From positions 3,596,001-3,660,000 of the forward strand of contig NC_043017.1 in NCBI RefSeq assembly GCF_006345805.1: a stretch of DNA of 64,000 nt, given 5' to 3'. This document shows positions 1-59,094 of this stretch, piece by piece. Source of the stretch: Octopus sinensis. Lineage: Eukaryota. The translations under genes were made by a program, and so were the position numbers. The notes under the pieces are model-generated. The model was not told where the DNA came from, did no database searches, and saw nothing but the letters and a program-made list of their open reading frames with translations. Each line of letters begins with the position of its first letter. The stretch's first letter is position 1.

Positions 1-204
1 ACACAGAGGGGACAAACAAGGACAGACACACGGATTAAATCGATTACATCAACCCCAGTGCATAACTGGTACTTATTTAATCGACCCCGAAAGGATGAAA
101 GGCAAAGTCAACCACGGCAGAATTTGAACTCAGAAGGTAACGGCAGACGAAATACGGCTACGCATTTCACCCGGCGTGCTAACGTTTCTGCCAGCTCACC
201 ACCT
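1..204 (-). mobile_element. SINE family A
   Basis: Reverse complement of the 39286 element; 3' end runs off the window. Confidence 0.85.
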
Positions 205-716
205 TTAAACCATACCTACATTTCTTTTTTAAAAAAAGATATAAAGAATAATGTAATCTGGATTCCAAGTGTGACTATTTTCCAATCTTTTCTTTTTTTA
301 GGACTTTGATTTGAGGGAGAATTTACTGGTATTTCTAACTAACCACATGACTACATATAGATTCCCCTTTGACTTCAAGATATAAATTTCTTTCTGCAAT
401 TCTAACAAATAAATGTATATTATACTCAATAATCTAGAAAAATATATCTCAAAAAAAAAAAAAAAAGGAATGGTCATTGCTCTGATACTCTTGATGAATA
501 GGTGCAGGCATGGCTGTGTGGTTAAGAAGTTCACCTTGCAGCTATATAGTTTTGGGTTCAGTCCCACTGCATGGCACTTTGGGTAAGTGTCTTGTACTAT
601 AGCTGCAGACTGACTGATACCTTGTTCATGAATCTGGTGGGTGGAAAATGTGGAAGCCTGTCATATATATATGTGTATATATATATATTATTATTTGAGG
701 GAATAAAATCCAAACT

Positions 717-749
<33 letters not shown>

Positions 750-1544
750 ATATATAAATATATACCTACATGCACACACACACACACAAGCACTAAGGTG
801 GGCACACAAATGCAAAATAAGGTGGGAAACATAGTACTTGATTATCAAAGGTAGAGTAATATTCTTTTTTTGAAAGTTGAAAGAATCTTCACAAACTGTT
901 TGTCAGCTTTAACGAAAAGTACCTCTCTCTCTCATATATATATATCACAATACCAGACCATCAGATCCTATTATACACTGCCGGTCACAATGCGCTTCCA
1001 ATTCTGTCAAACTGCCCAACCAATGCCAGCATGGAAAACAGACAAAACAGACATTAGATAATAGTGATGATGTTCATGGGTGGCCTGAGGAAGTTATCAG
1101 TGCCACCAACAATGCAGTGAATTGGCAGTGTCGATTGAACATCAGATAAAATACATTGTGTGGTTTCTTTCAATTCTTTGGACTCTAAGTTCAAACCCAT
1201 CCCTGCTTTCGGGATAAAAATAAATAACTAAATAAATATAAATAAGGTTCAAGTCTGCTGAATGGCAGAATTCTTAAAGGACCGGATGGTTTTTTTTTTT
1301 ATGCCCTGCAGCATCTGTTGCAGTTCTTTACATTCTGACTTCAAATTCTGCTAGGGGTTCATGTTCCATTGGTGGCCAAAGCTAATCATCTGACTATGGG
1401 ACTACAATTGATTATGGAGCTTGCAATGTGTAAAGGGTCGTGGCTGGCTGCTAGATAAAACAGTCAAATGCTAATGACTTAGTTTGTTAACAATATTGTA
1501 CTGAGAAAATCCAAAGGCGTCTTCAGTTATGTGATAATGATGAT

Positions 1545-1775
1545 GATGATCATCATCAATTAACGTCCCTTTTTCTATGGTGGCATAGGCTGGGTGGTTC
1601 AATGAACCAGAGGGCTGGGCAGTTGTGCCAAGCTCCAGTGCCTGCTTTGGCAGAGTTTCTATGACTGGATGTTCTTAATGCCAACCAGTTTATAGTGTGT
1701 ACTGTGTGTGCTTTTTTTTTTGTGTGGCAATAGCCCTTAACGAGATCACCAAGTACCTACATGACAAGACCCCTC
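1545..1775 (-). mobile_element. Old retroposon 3' end with (GAT)n tail (family E); fragments also at about 1020-1075 (+) and 4115-4157 (-)
   Basis: Shared catcat..ttaacgtcc..ttcca/tatg...gcat(g/a)gg motif. Confidence 0.55.
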
Positions 1776-2739
1776 ATCTGAGTTCGCTATGGTGTTGAAA
1801 GATGTGAAATACGATAGAGTGACAGGAACAGGTGACTTGTTGAAGAAAGGGTGAATATAAGGCTTATCCAACTGGAAAATGAGAGAGAGAGAGAGAGATG
1901 GTGAGGGCATACCTTCAAAAGCCAAGGTGAATATAAGAGAGGAAGATAAATGTGCTAATGTGTGAAAATAGTGTGACATGATTTGAGATGGGGAATGAGT
2001 TGGAGAGAGTGAATATCGGTTTGAGAAGTGAAGGAAGGAAATAAATGTGAAGAAGAGAGGAGGATGTGATAAAGTCATTAGTAAAGTGTTGGGGGTATAA
2101 ATGATATCATTTGCAGTACTTGGATGAGTAGTATCATAGTGAAGAGATTGAGGGTGGGATGGGTGTCGGAAGGTGATATTAATAATAATTAAATTCTGCC
2201 TGGATTAACTTTACTGTTTGTCCATTCAGGGTTGATAAAATAAGTACCAGTTGGTCACCGGGGTTGATGCAGTCGACTTACTCACTCCTTGAAATTGCTG
2301 GCCTTGTGCTAAAATTCGAAACTGATTTCAATAATAATTAGATTCTACTGAAGTCAACTTTACCGTTCATCCTTTTGGGGTCAATGCAATCATTTTTCCC
2401 ACTCCTTGGAATTGCTGGCCTTGTGCCAAAATTTGAAGCTGATATTAAATAGTAATTAAATTTTCTTTTCTCTTTACATTTGTGTTTCTTTTATTGAATA
2501 TGTATCTTGCTGTGCCCAGCCCTCACTCAAAAGTGTTTCATTTCCCATTACATAATGGAAAGATATCAACCACATCACAAACAAGCATTCACAACCTCCA
2601 GATCATAGTCACCACATGGTTGTTTGTTCTGCAATATATAGCAGTCAAACCACACCTTTCCCCTTTTTTCTCACTTTATATTCTATTTTCTACTCCTTCA
2701 TTGTTGTTCTAATTTTCTCCCTTTTATTTATAAGACAAA

Positions 2740-2847
2740 TGTCCCCTCACAATCAATAACTCTGTCCCTTACTCTTGTCCCCTCACAATCAATAACTCTG
2801 TCCCTTACTCTTGTCTCCTCACAATCAATAACTCTGTCTCTTACTCA
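2740..2847. repeat. 36-bp tandem repeat x3
   Basis: TGTCCCCTCACAATCAATAACTCTGTCCCTTACTCT; third copy has 3 substitutions. Confidence 0.95.
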
Positions 2848-3363
2848 TCTCTCACTTTCTCAATTCCTCTCTCTATCCCTTACCACATACACACACTCTC
2901 TCTTTATTTTCTCCTCTCTCTTGATAGAAAAAGGGATTCTGTTTGTGGCATAAACTTAGAGCAAATGTAATTGAATGATTCTTAGGTTTATTTCTTCCAC
3001 CTGTAAAAACTGGGTTCTGGGTCTGTGTGGTTTGCTCAGACTATTAACCAAATCTGGTCCCTGATTTCATAGCATAGAAAACTGACAGAGATCCCACCTC
3101 ACAACGAGATGGTTGAACAGGAAAAATTTCCTCTTATGCACACATGCACTTATGCTTGTAATTGTGCTTATTCCGACACAGATACAAGAAATTACAGAAA
3201 CACACATACTGGCCTGCTACACACACTGATGCACACACACACACACACACACACATGCAGCAACAGACAAGCTTCTACCCATTTGCATATACATGTAGAT
3301 ACAATTACACAGTCATGGATATATGCACACATTAAAACGAATACATACACACACATACACACA

Positions 3364-3602
3364 CAGGGTGGGTCAAAAGTAGTGCCTAATTCCTGTTTTT
3401 GCGTTGATACGTATGACTTCTTAATTGGGGGATACTTTTGACTCTCAATTCTTTGTCCAATGAGTTTGGGACATCAAAGAGTATTAACAACATGATACAA
3501 GATCCAGATTCAGTAACTTTCAAAACTGTCGCTAATAAACCTGCAGAGCAACAACAGCATCACTTCCCAGAAACTGAGTCCTACTTCTTATGACCCACCC
3601 TG
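3364..3602. mobile_element. Tc1/mariner-type MITE
   Basis: TIRs CAGGGTGGGTCAAAAGTAG / CTACTTCTTATGACCCACCCTG; TA on the right side. Confidence 0.75.
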
Positions 3603-3626
3603 TATGTATGTGTGTGTGTGTATATA

Positions 3627-3657
<31 letters not shown>

Positions 3658-3934
3658 GTGTGTGTGTGTATGTATAGCCTTACACAACTGTATACTTTAG
3701 CAATCCACCTGCAGATACTGCAATACACACCCACACACACACTATCATATACATATACGTTTACATAAAATTCTCGGCATAACTGAATAACTTATTCACA
3801 CACACACACATACACATTCATATATGTAAGTATGAATGGATTTACGTATATATGTATGTATATATATATATGTATATTTATAGCCTTACACAGCTGTATA
3901 CTCTAGCAATCCACCTGCAGATACTGAAATACAC

Positions 3935-3973
<39 letters not shown>

Positions 3974-4019
3974 TTATGCAACAATGTGAATCTTCCTGTT
4001 TGCTGTGTTTAATGTATAT

Positions 4020-5670
4020 AAGATGATACTATACAAAAGCATATATAATTGTATTACTGTATTACAGTCATATATAAGAAGATATTATGTCCAAGTATGT
4101 ATGATGTGACACTGTCATCATCCTCATTTAACGTCCGCTTTCCATGCTAGCATGGGTTATCACAAGACACTATGTCCAGTTATATATGACAATACTGTGG
4201 TTGCAGTCGTATATAACAAAATCTTATGTTCAAGTATGTATTACATGAAATTGATTGAGTCATACACATGTTACAACATGTCATATTCCAGTACTTATGA
4301 CATGACACTGTCTTATTCATATATAAGATGTTATGTCTAAGTACATATGAAATAAGAATTGTATTTCACTCATATATAACAAGAGGCTATGTTCAAGTAT
4401 GTATGACATGATATTGTATTACACTCATGAATAATATATCCAAGTATATATATGACATGGCACAGTCTTATATCTACATATATAGCAAGATATTATGTCA
4501 AAGTATGTATAACACTGTGTTACAGTCATGAATGTATTACAACATGCTATGCCCAGTATGTATATGACACTGTTTTGTACATGTATATAGCAAGGTATCA
4601 TGTCTAATTATGTATAACAATGTGTTACACTTGTACATATATATCACAAGATACTGTGTCCAAATATGTATGACAACACTGTATTACTCTCATGTATAGC
4701 AATATGACCAAGCCTGTATACCATGATACTGTGTTACAGTCATATATTATGTCTAAATTTGTATAACATGATACTTTTACAGTCATACTTATATTACAAT
4801 ATACTTTGTCCAGGTTGGTATGGCATGATGCTGTCTTACATAGCAAGATATGTTCCTGCTTGTATGACATGATACTGTGTTCCAGCATGTATGACATAAT
4901 ACTCATTACAGTTATGTCTTAGTAAGTATGCCATGGCCATATGAAACAAATTGTTTTGCCCTAGTATGTATGACATGGCACTGTATTATTGTGATGTATA
5001 ATAAGTCACTTCCCAGTATGTATGATATGATGCTATGCTAAAGTCATATACGAGATGGTACTAAATAATATCACGTATGGCGTGATACTATTTTAGAGTC
5101 ATAAAGGAAATGATAGTGTATTAAAGTCATACGACATGATATAGTATGTTATGTGATACTATGTGAAAGTATATGACATTATACTATGTTGAAGTTCCAT
5201 ACAGAACATAAGGTTATACATACTATGTTAAATACATGCATGACAGGCTAGTGTCTTAAAGTCTTGTATGACATTCTACTATGTTAAATTGTTAAATTCT
5301 TATAAGATATGATGCTATGTTAGTCATATATATATGATATAATATAGTAAAGACGTATGCGCATATGTGTGTGTGGGGGGGTAGGTGGATGGGTGTTTGT
5401 GTGTGTGTAAACAATGACTTGTTAAAAGTCAGATAGGGCATGGTACTTTACTAGTCATCTACGACATATAGTTGTTAAAGTCACATATGATATAAGTTAG
5501 TCACATGTGGCAAGATAATATAATAAAAAACATAACTATGATACTATGTTGAAGTCATATACAATCATGATCCTATGTTAAAAGTGATATATGACGTGAT
5601 ACTACTGTGTTAAAAGATATGAATAATATTATACTCTGTTAATGATTATGTGTGATATAATACTGTGTAA
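4020..5670. repeat. Degenerate AT-rich minisatellite, about 55-bp units grading into about 28-bp units
   Basis: Recurrent caagatattatgtccaagtatgtatgacatgatactgt..cagtcatatat, then tatgacatgatactatgttaaagtcata (consensus by eye). Confidence 0.75.
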
Positions 5671-6473
5671 GATAAATGTTGACTCTTTATAATTTAATTT
5701 TTTTATTACTTTGCAATAAAACCTTTCAAAAAACTTTTCAAAAAATAACCGATTGTCTTGTTAATTATTTCTGTGTTCAGATCTACCTTCGGTTATCTTT
5801 GCTCTTCATCCTTCCAAGGTTGATATAAGGAGGGTTATATCCTCCTCAGGTTTGTGATACCTTTGCTTTATATTATATATCAATTTCATTTTTGCCATTG
5901 GTACTCAACAAGTTGTCTGTGTGTCTGTCTCCTTTTGTGTGTATCTTTTTAACTTTTACTTGTTTGAGTCATTAGACTATAGCCCCGTCTTGAAAAATTT
6001 TTAGTCGAATCTATCACCCTCAATCCTTATTTTCTTAAAGTCCAACACTCATTTTATTGGTTGCTTTTGCTGAATCGCTATGTTAAGGTGATGTAAACAC
6101 ACCAGCATTGGTTGTCAAGTGGTGGTGGAACAAAGACAGACTCACAGACATATATATATATATAAGTAGAGAGAGAGAAAGATAGGCATTTTTCGGTTTT
6201 CTTCTATGAGATCCACTTATAAGTCTCTGGTCGGACTGAGGCTTTAGTAGAAGACATTTGCCCAAGGTGCCATGCAATGAGACTGAACCCTAAGCCATGG
6301 GGTTGGGAAGCAAAATTCTTACCACACTGTCATACCTCTTACTCTGATATATATATATATATATATATTATGTGAAATAGAAAGATGAATAATCTTGTAG
6401 TAGATTAATCAAAAGTTTAACCGATACCTTAGTAGCAAAAATCACAGCAGTAAACAGCACGGTCCGCACCAAT

Positions 6474-6504
<31 letters not shown>

Positions 6505-6786
6505 GGCTCACAATTGTAGGGCCACGAGTTCAATTCCCGGTGGCACATTGTGTCCTTGAGCAAGACACTTTATTCCACGTTGCTCCAGTCCACTCAGCTG
6601 GCAAAAATGAGTAGTACCTGTTTTTCAAGGGGCCAGCCTTTGTCATACTCTGTGTCACGCTGAGTCTCCTTGAGAAGTATGGTATGTGTGTCTGGAATAC
6701 TCAGCCACTTGCAAGTTAATCTCACAACCAAGCTGTTCTGTTGGAACCCTTGTCATTGTAAGTGATGGAGTGCTAGTGTATGTAGT

Positions 6787-7001
6787 ATTCTTTTATTTGT
6801 TTCAGTCATTTGACTGTGGCCATACTGGAGCACCGCCTTTAGTAGAGCAAATCGACCCCAAGACTTACTCTTTGTAAGCCTAGTATTTATGCTATCGGTC
6901 TCTTTTGCTGAACTGCTAAGTTACAGGGACGTAAACACACCAACATTAGTTGTTAAGCGAAGGTGGGGGGACAAACACAGACACACAACCATATACACAT
7001 G

Positions 7002-7040
<39 letters not shown>

Positions 7041-7200
7041 GATGAGCTTTCGGTTTGCATCTACCAAATCCACTTACAAGGCTCTGATTGACTGAAGGCT
7101 ATAGCAGAAGACACTTGCCCAAGGTGCCATGCAGTGGGACTGAACCTAGAATAATGTGGTTGGTAAGCAAGCTACTTACCACACAGCCACTCCTATGCCT
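6787..7200 (-). mobile_element. SINE family B (more diverged copies at 499-790 +, 5950-6345 -, 9055-9525 -)
   Basis: Reverse complement of the 12633 element. Confidence 0.85.
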
Positions 7201-7230
7201 ATATATATACGTATACATATATATATATAC

Positions 7231-7274
<44 letters not shown>

Positions 7275-7377
7275 GGTTTTAGTCTTTGGATTGCATCATG
7301 CTGTGGAACTGTCATTAAAGATTATAGACGATTCTATCAACCCTAGTAATTAATTCAACCTAGTACTTATTGATCTC

Positions 7378-8250
7378 TGTTTGTTGTGGTCGACCTAACT
7401 GTGGAACATGCCCCCACCTTTTGGTGGGTTCAGAATTCCACTTTAAGCAAAGGGAAATATTTAAGATCAAATCAAATTTCACCTGTGCCTCGGAAAATGT
7501 AATCTATGCCATGACATGCTTAGGATGTGGTAACGACTATATTGGCCAAACAGGAATATCACTCCAGCGAAGAGCCACTCTCCACAAAGAACAAATCCGC
7601 CACCCACAATACAGACAATTACAGGCTTGTGAACACATAGAAAGGTGTGCTAGGAATCTTAATCCTAATTTCCAAATTCTATCAATGTTCACAGAACACC
7701 TCAACGCAATGGCCAGCATATCACACTTTATCAATGGCCAGCATATCAAAAAATACCTTTATAACCTTTAGTTATAAATTTAATAGTGTTCACTTCCGGA
7801 TTCTCTCACTCTATGAAAGTTTCTAGATCGAATCACACGTGTCTCGAGATGTGCTGAAGATTTTCTATTTTGGATATATTTGGGGTACTTAGGTCTGCTC
7901 AGGACTTAGTGCTTGCTTTTTCCATGGGTATGAGTAAGTATTCCATTTATGTTTTACGTATTAATCGCTGACGAGGGGGAAATTCTTATGAATTAACCCC
8001 GAAATTGGGACCAATACGGTTATAACGGATTTTTTTAGAAATTTCTATCGGTATGTTTCGAGACGCATAAATTATAATGGGTATTGACAATTTTGTCTTT
8101 TTTCGGCATATTTGGCATTAGAATTTTTCTCTTGCCCTTATTTTATAAGTTATTTATAAATTTAACCTTTAAAGGTATTTTTTGATATGCTGGCCATTGA
8201 TAAAAAATTTTTCTTTCGAAAAAAATCTTATCCTACATTAGTTATATATA
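7378..8250 (+). mobile_element. Penelope-like retroelement 3' fragment (GIY-YIG endonuclease plus 3' region), Neptune-like
   Basis: ORF 7370-7771: Cys-rich linker CGRPNCGTC, then NVIYAMTCLGCGNDYIGQTG...RRATLH; hammerhead downstream. No RT domain present. Confidence 0.85.
7962..8022 (+). ncRNA. Type I hammerhead ribozyme
   Basis: Stem I TAATCG(7962-67)/CGGTTA(8017-22); core CTGACGA (7968-74); stem II GGGG..AATTC-TTAT-GAATT..CCCC; GAAA (8001-04); stem III TTGG-GA-CCAA; cleavage triplet AUA, cut 3' of 8016. Confidence 0.85.
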
Positions 8251-8560
8251 CATATGTATATATATAAACACATATGTATGTATATATGTATATGTATATA
8301 TATATGTATATGTATATATATGTGTATGTATATATATATGTATATATATATGTGTATATGTATATATATATATGTATATATATGTGTATATGTATATATA
8401 TATGTATATATATGTGTATATGTATATATGTATATATATGTATGTATGTATATATATATATATATATATATATGTATCCGAGTTTTATGAATGTATACAG
8501 AAAAATATATTAGCGAACATTAGACACTTGGAATTTATATATGTGTGTGTGTGTTTATAC

Positions 8561-8614
<54 letters not shown>

Positions 8615-9167
8615 GTGTGTTATATACATACACTTATATATATATGTGTCGTGTGTGTGTGCGGGCGTTTTCGTGTCTGTCTGTCTATCTATCTAAATGG
8701 ATGTATATATATATATATATATTATATATATGTACACACATACAAGTTAACAGTTGACGTACTTCAGGTGGGTTGTAAGTGGGGCATGCGCCAACATGTC
8801 GCGGTAGGGTAATTTCTTAATAGGATTAGAGAAGCATAGCCTATGATTACCTGTGAAAGACTATCTTAAATTACTCCAATCCATTCGTTAATACCCGTGT
8901 CTTATCTCGCACACCAATGCAATGCTTGTTGTCTCACCTTTACCTGTTGATCTTCATATAAATTTTGACAATGCTTTGTTTTTAGATAAGCAAGAAATGA
9001 ATAGTTTTTTCTATTCTTTGTGGAAGAGTAATAAAATAAAAAGGGTTTCGGGTCTCATCTTTTAGTTGTTTCAGTTTTTTTGGCCTGCGGCCATGCTGGG
9101 GCACCTTAATCGACCCCAGTGATTATTGAAGAACTTTAATCGACCCCAGTAATTATTATTGTTATTA

Positions 9168-9201
<34 letters not shown>

Positions 9202-10847
9202 CATGATTATTATTATTATTTGTAAAGCCTGGCATTTATTTTATCAGTTTCTTTTTGCCGAACCTCTTAGCTAAGGGGAAGTAAACATACCAACACCGGT
9301 TGTCAAGCGGTGGTGGGCTATAAACACACACACACACACACAACCACACTTGTATACATTTACGATGGGCTCCTTTTACTGTCAGTCTGCAAAATCCACT
9401 CCCAAATCTTTTGGTCAGCCTGAGGTTTTAGTAGAAGGCATTTGCCCAAGCTTCTGCGCAGTGGGATTGAACCCCCACCCCAAGCCATGTGGTCGGGAAG
9501 CAAACTTGTTTACTACACAGCTACCTTACACTCATTTCAAGCGTTTATCCAGAAGACATCCAAATTAAAAGGTAGTAAACAGCCGTTAGAAAGATGTCTG
9601 TGTGTAATTTGCATTTTCTAGTTAAGTTGAGATCAGACTATTTAATAGATTGGGGATTAAAAAGTTAACCAAAAGTTGTGATGAGAAATATTGTTAATTA
9701 ATGATTGATATTGCTTTCCTTATTTCGGCAAGTACCGGAGTGAACCGGACTTGCTTTGGGCTTATTACGACCTCTTCAGCAAAGCGTAAACTTCAGTGTA
9801 TTTGCCTGAGTAGCGACGGCTGTGCTTTGGTTGTTGTGAGAAAATAGAAATGCATAGAAAATAAATAGCTGAATGACACAGAAGAGGTTAAGTTCGCGTT
9901 ATCTTTTAATGCGCCTTGCCTTAAGTTTGTTACATGCCTAGACGAGTTTGTTAGGAAATACTAGATTTACATTGGAAACAGCTTGAGTTGTCGTTCGATT
10001 CCTGTTGTATACGTTTAACCCTTTACGTGTCCTGTGTATTACATGTGGCTCACATTACATATTTCTCTGGTTTCCATGCAGTATATATTACACACATTTC
10101 AAATTTTGCATGTCCTGTGTATCATGTGACACAAAACCTATTTCCCTGACGTCCATGCATCATCTAGGATACACTTAACCAATTTTTGTCAAACCGTCAG
10201 AGTAACTTGAGACTTACGAAAAGAAAGTTTTGCGTTACTAAGAGCGAATGAAGCAAGGGATAAATATAAGTATGAAAACAAGCGGGGATGATTAGGACAA
10301 ACGTCAGTTAAACTAGAAACGAGAATTTCGAAGGTTACGAAAACGACATCCACCTATTCATGTTGCAAACTTCTTTGTTAAATTAAAATAATATAAAATT
10401 AGTGAGTAGAAGGAATATACATAAAGAGAAAGAACAGTATAATAGAGAGTGGGAGCGGAGGGTAGAGAGAGAGAAAAGCGATTTGAGAAGAGAAAAAAAT
10501 CGCCTAAAAAAAGTAACCAAGAAAACTCCCAGGAAAACACATTGGTCAATGTGGTCATCTTTTAGATTTTAGCCAGGGTTGGTTTAAGTACCCATGATCT
10601 TTTACTCTTTTTTTCAGGGCCTTTGAGACTGGTGAGAAGAGTGGAGGAAGTGTCTCTGAATCCAGAGTCGTGTCTGATTCCTTGCAGCTAAGAGAACTCG
10701 TTAAAGTCCTTCAATGACCAGAGAGTGATGTTAAACCGAGTGACTGATTAAGTCTACCACCCACATCCTAGGTATACCGTGCCTATGATAAAAACTGATG
10801 GAAGGGTCAAGGCTGGAATGTCTTTGATAAAAGGATTTCTCTAATGA

Positions 10848-11255
10848 TGGTTTCAAATTTTGGCGCAAGACCAGTAAGTTTTGAGGCGGGAGTAAGTCGA
10901 TTACATCGACCCAGTGTTCAGCTGGTACCTATTTTATCGACATCGAAAGGATGAAATGCAAAGTCGACCTCGGTGGAATTTGAACTCAGAACGTAAAGAC
11001 GGACGAAATGCCGCAAACGATTCTGCCAGCTTGCCGCTTTAAGAACTAGAGTAATAATTCTTCCTACAATAGGCACAAGGCCTGGCATTTGGGGGGAGGT
11101 AGATGTCGAATACATCGAACCCAGTGTTCAACTGGTACTTATTTTATCGACCCCGAAAGGATGAATGGCAAAGTCGATCTTGGCGGAATTTGAACTCAAC
11201 GTAAAGATGGACGAAATGCCGTCGGCGTGCTGCCAATTCTGCCAACTCACCACCT
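10848..11255 (-). mobile_element. Two tandem SINE family A copies
   Basis: Copies at about 10848-11040 and 11052-11255, each with core and B-box. Confidence 0.8.
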
Positions 11256-11598
11256 GATGCCTAAAATAAGTAAATAAATAAATGCACCTTTTTAAAGCCT
11301 AGCCAAGTTCATGGGCCCGGTTTTCCGGTTTCAATGATGTATGTGTTCCCCAGTTGGACGGGATGGGACGCCAGTCCATCGCAGCGTTACTCATTTTTGC
11401 CAGCTGAGTGGACTGGACCAACGTGAAATGAAGTGTTTTGCTCAAGAACACGACGCGTCGCCCGGTCCAGGAATCGAAACCACAATCTTACGATCATGAT
11501 GCTTAACAATAGAAGAGCCAAAAGCTCAAATCTCCATTAACCTCTGGATCTCTTGACCTCTTGACCTCGCATTTTTAAAAACGATGAAGAAATACGAT

Positions 11599-11628
11599 TT
11601 TATTGAAAAAAAAACGAACATTTTTATT
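11599..11628 (-). terminator. Two candidate AATAAA polyadenylation signals of the IF gene
   Basis: TTTATT on + at 11599-11604 and 11623-11628, about 0.9 kb downstream of the stop codon; usage not verifiable. Confidence 0.5.
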
Positions 11629-12274
11629 GGCTTTTTTTTTGGTTTGATTCATACAATTCAGCTAGAGAAATCTAGGAAAGAAAAACACAATACACAACGC
11701 ATTGTTTCGAAGAGATAAAATGTAATGCAATATTTAAACTCCCGGAGAACTTACTCCCATCTTCCAGTTGTTGGTTTGTTTTCATCTTGTTTCTGTTGTT
11801 AGGTGTTGTTATTTCATGAAACCTTCCATTTTGTTGGGTGGTCATTGAATTGTCGTTGATTTTCCTGTTTTTTTTTTTTTTTTGGTAAAAAAAAAAAAAA
11901 TATTTTTTCACTTTTCTCACTCAAATGCCTTCGAGTTCATCATCATAAAAGATATATGGTGGGGATGGAAAAAATGTTCAGCTCAGTCCCAATGTGCAGG
12001 CAACTAGGACCCACACCGACCGAAAATTGGATGCAATATCTATACGAAAGTGGTCTAGATCCCTAGCCTTTTTTTTTTTTTTTTGAAAGGTGAAATATGT
12101 AGAATTATTTAAAAGCAAGATGTAAGCCGAGAATTTTGTGGCTTCGCGATAGAATTAAGTCGAGGAAGTTTGCCTTTCTATTGTGTTTCTTCTCTTCTTT
12201 GTTTCATTTCTTTTTCTTTTTCCTTCTTTTCTTATAAAAAAATCAACTCTTCAGGACAATAGTACTAAAATATA

Positions 12275-12321
<47 letters not shown>

Positions 12322-12503
12322 ATATATATGGGAGGAGGAAAATGCCGCTTTCGACATGATAGATAGAACGGTTTTGATATTCCATTGTTTTACCTGGAAC
12401 TTCTAAGTGAGGTTCTTTTTTGTTCAGTTTGACAAGAGTCTTTTTCTCTGTTGCCAAGTATTATTTGTTTAAAACAAAATTTCCTTCATAAAAAGCAAAT
12501 ATT

Positions 12504-58279
<45,776 letters not shown>

Positions 58280-58425
58280 GGTTACAGTTTGTTAGTTATA
58301 ACTGTTGTTGTGGATTGTGTTTAAAGTGTTGTTGTTATTGTCGATGTTGCCTCTTCTATAAGCGATGCCAAAAAATCTCCTTTTTTCTCTAAAATACTAA
58401 ACAACTCTAAAATCTAGAAAGAAAT

Positions 58426-58571
58426 CCTAGCAAGGAGATCGATGATGAAAAAAGCATCAACCGCCGCTTGTTTTTGCCAACTGCGCTGTCTTTAACGCTT
58501 CCAACCTATTATATTGTCTATGAAAGAGTGAGAGTGAGAGAAAAAACAAAGAGAGAGAGAGGGAAAGAGAG

Positions 58572-58606
<35 letters not shown>

Positions 58607-59062
58607 AAATAGAGAAAGAGAATGAATGGAAGGAGAGCTGGAAATTGAGAGAGAATTAGAAGGTGGATGGGTGGGTGGGGTGGAAAATGGATCGATTGTT
58701 GAGTAAAATGCAATTATGAAATCTCCCTCTCCGCTCTGTCCCACTCTCTTCCTCTTTCCCTCTCTCTTTCTCATTCTTCCTCTCTCCTCGGCATTCTAAT
58801 TCTACCTTTCACTTTCTCTCTATCTCTCCCCACCACCTTTCTTGCTCTCTCTCTCTTGCTCTCTCGCTCTCGTTTTCTCGCATCTATCTTTCACTCTCTC
58901 TCTATCTCTCCAGCTTTTTTCTCCCTCCTCCTCCTCTTCTCTGTTTCTCATTATCTCTTGCTCAGTATTCTACTCTCGTTTTCTCTGTCTCTTTATCTAC
59001 CTTGTCTTCTCACCTTTACACTATTCAATCTTTCTCTCCACCCCACCCCACCCCCTCTTTCC

Positions 59063-59094
<32 letters not shown>

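Noticed and set aside
2740-2847. 36-bp repeats of CRISPR-like length; also the palindromic 28-mer satellite at 4020-5670
   Set aside because: Head-to-tail tandem units with no unique spacers, eukaryotic context, no cas genes.
8254-8812. Long YI/CV/HT/MYVC-rich ORFs here and at 27123-27564, 43218-43626, 44297-44898, 61005-63710 and elsewhere
   Set aside because: Translations of (TA)n, (TG)n, (CA)n and (TATG)n microsatellites; not coding.
9715-9790. Minus-strand CTGAAGAG...GAAA with internal hairpins
   Set aside because: No NUH triplet in register with stem I and stem III; cannot fold as a hammerhead.
10618-10717. Plus-strand acceptor followed by a 32-codon frame, resembling a terminal exon of a convergent gene
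   Set aside because: No partner exons or recognisable domain found; probably a repeat remnant. RNA-seq would settle it.
11752-11866. Minus-strand exon-like piece ending in GTAAGT; also 12394-12448
   Set aside because: Both fall in the predicted 3' UTR after the stop at 12504, and their phases do not fit the CDS.
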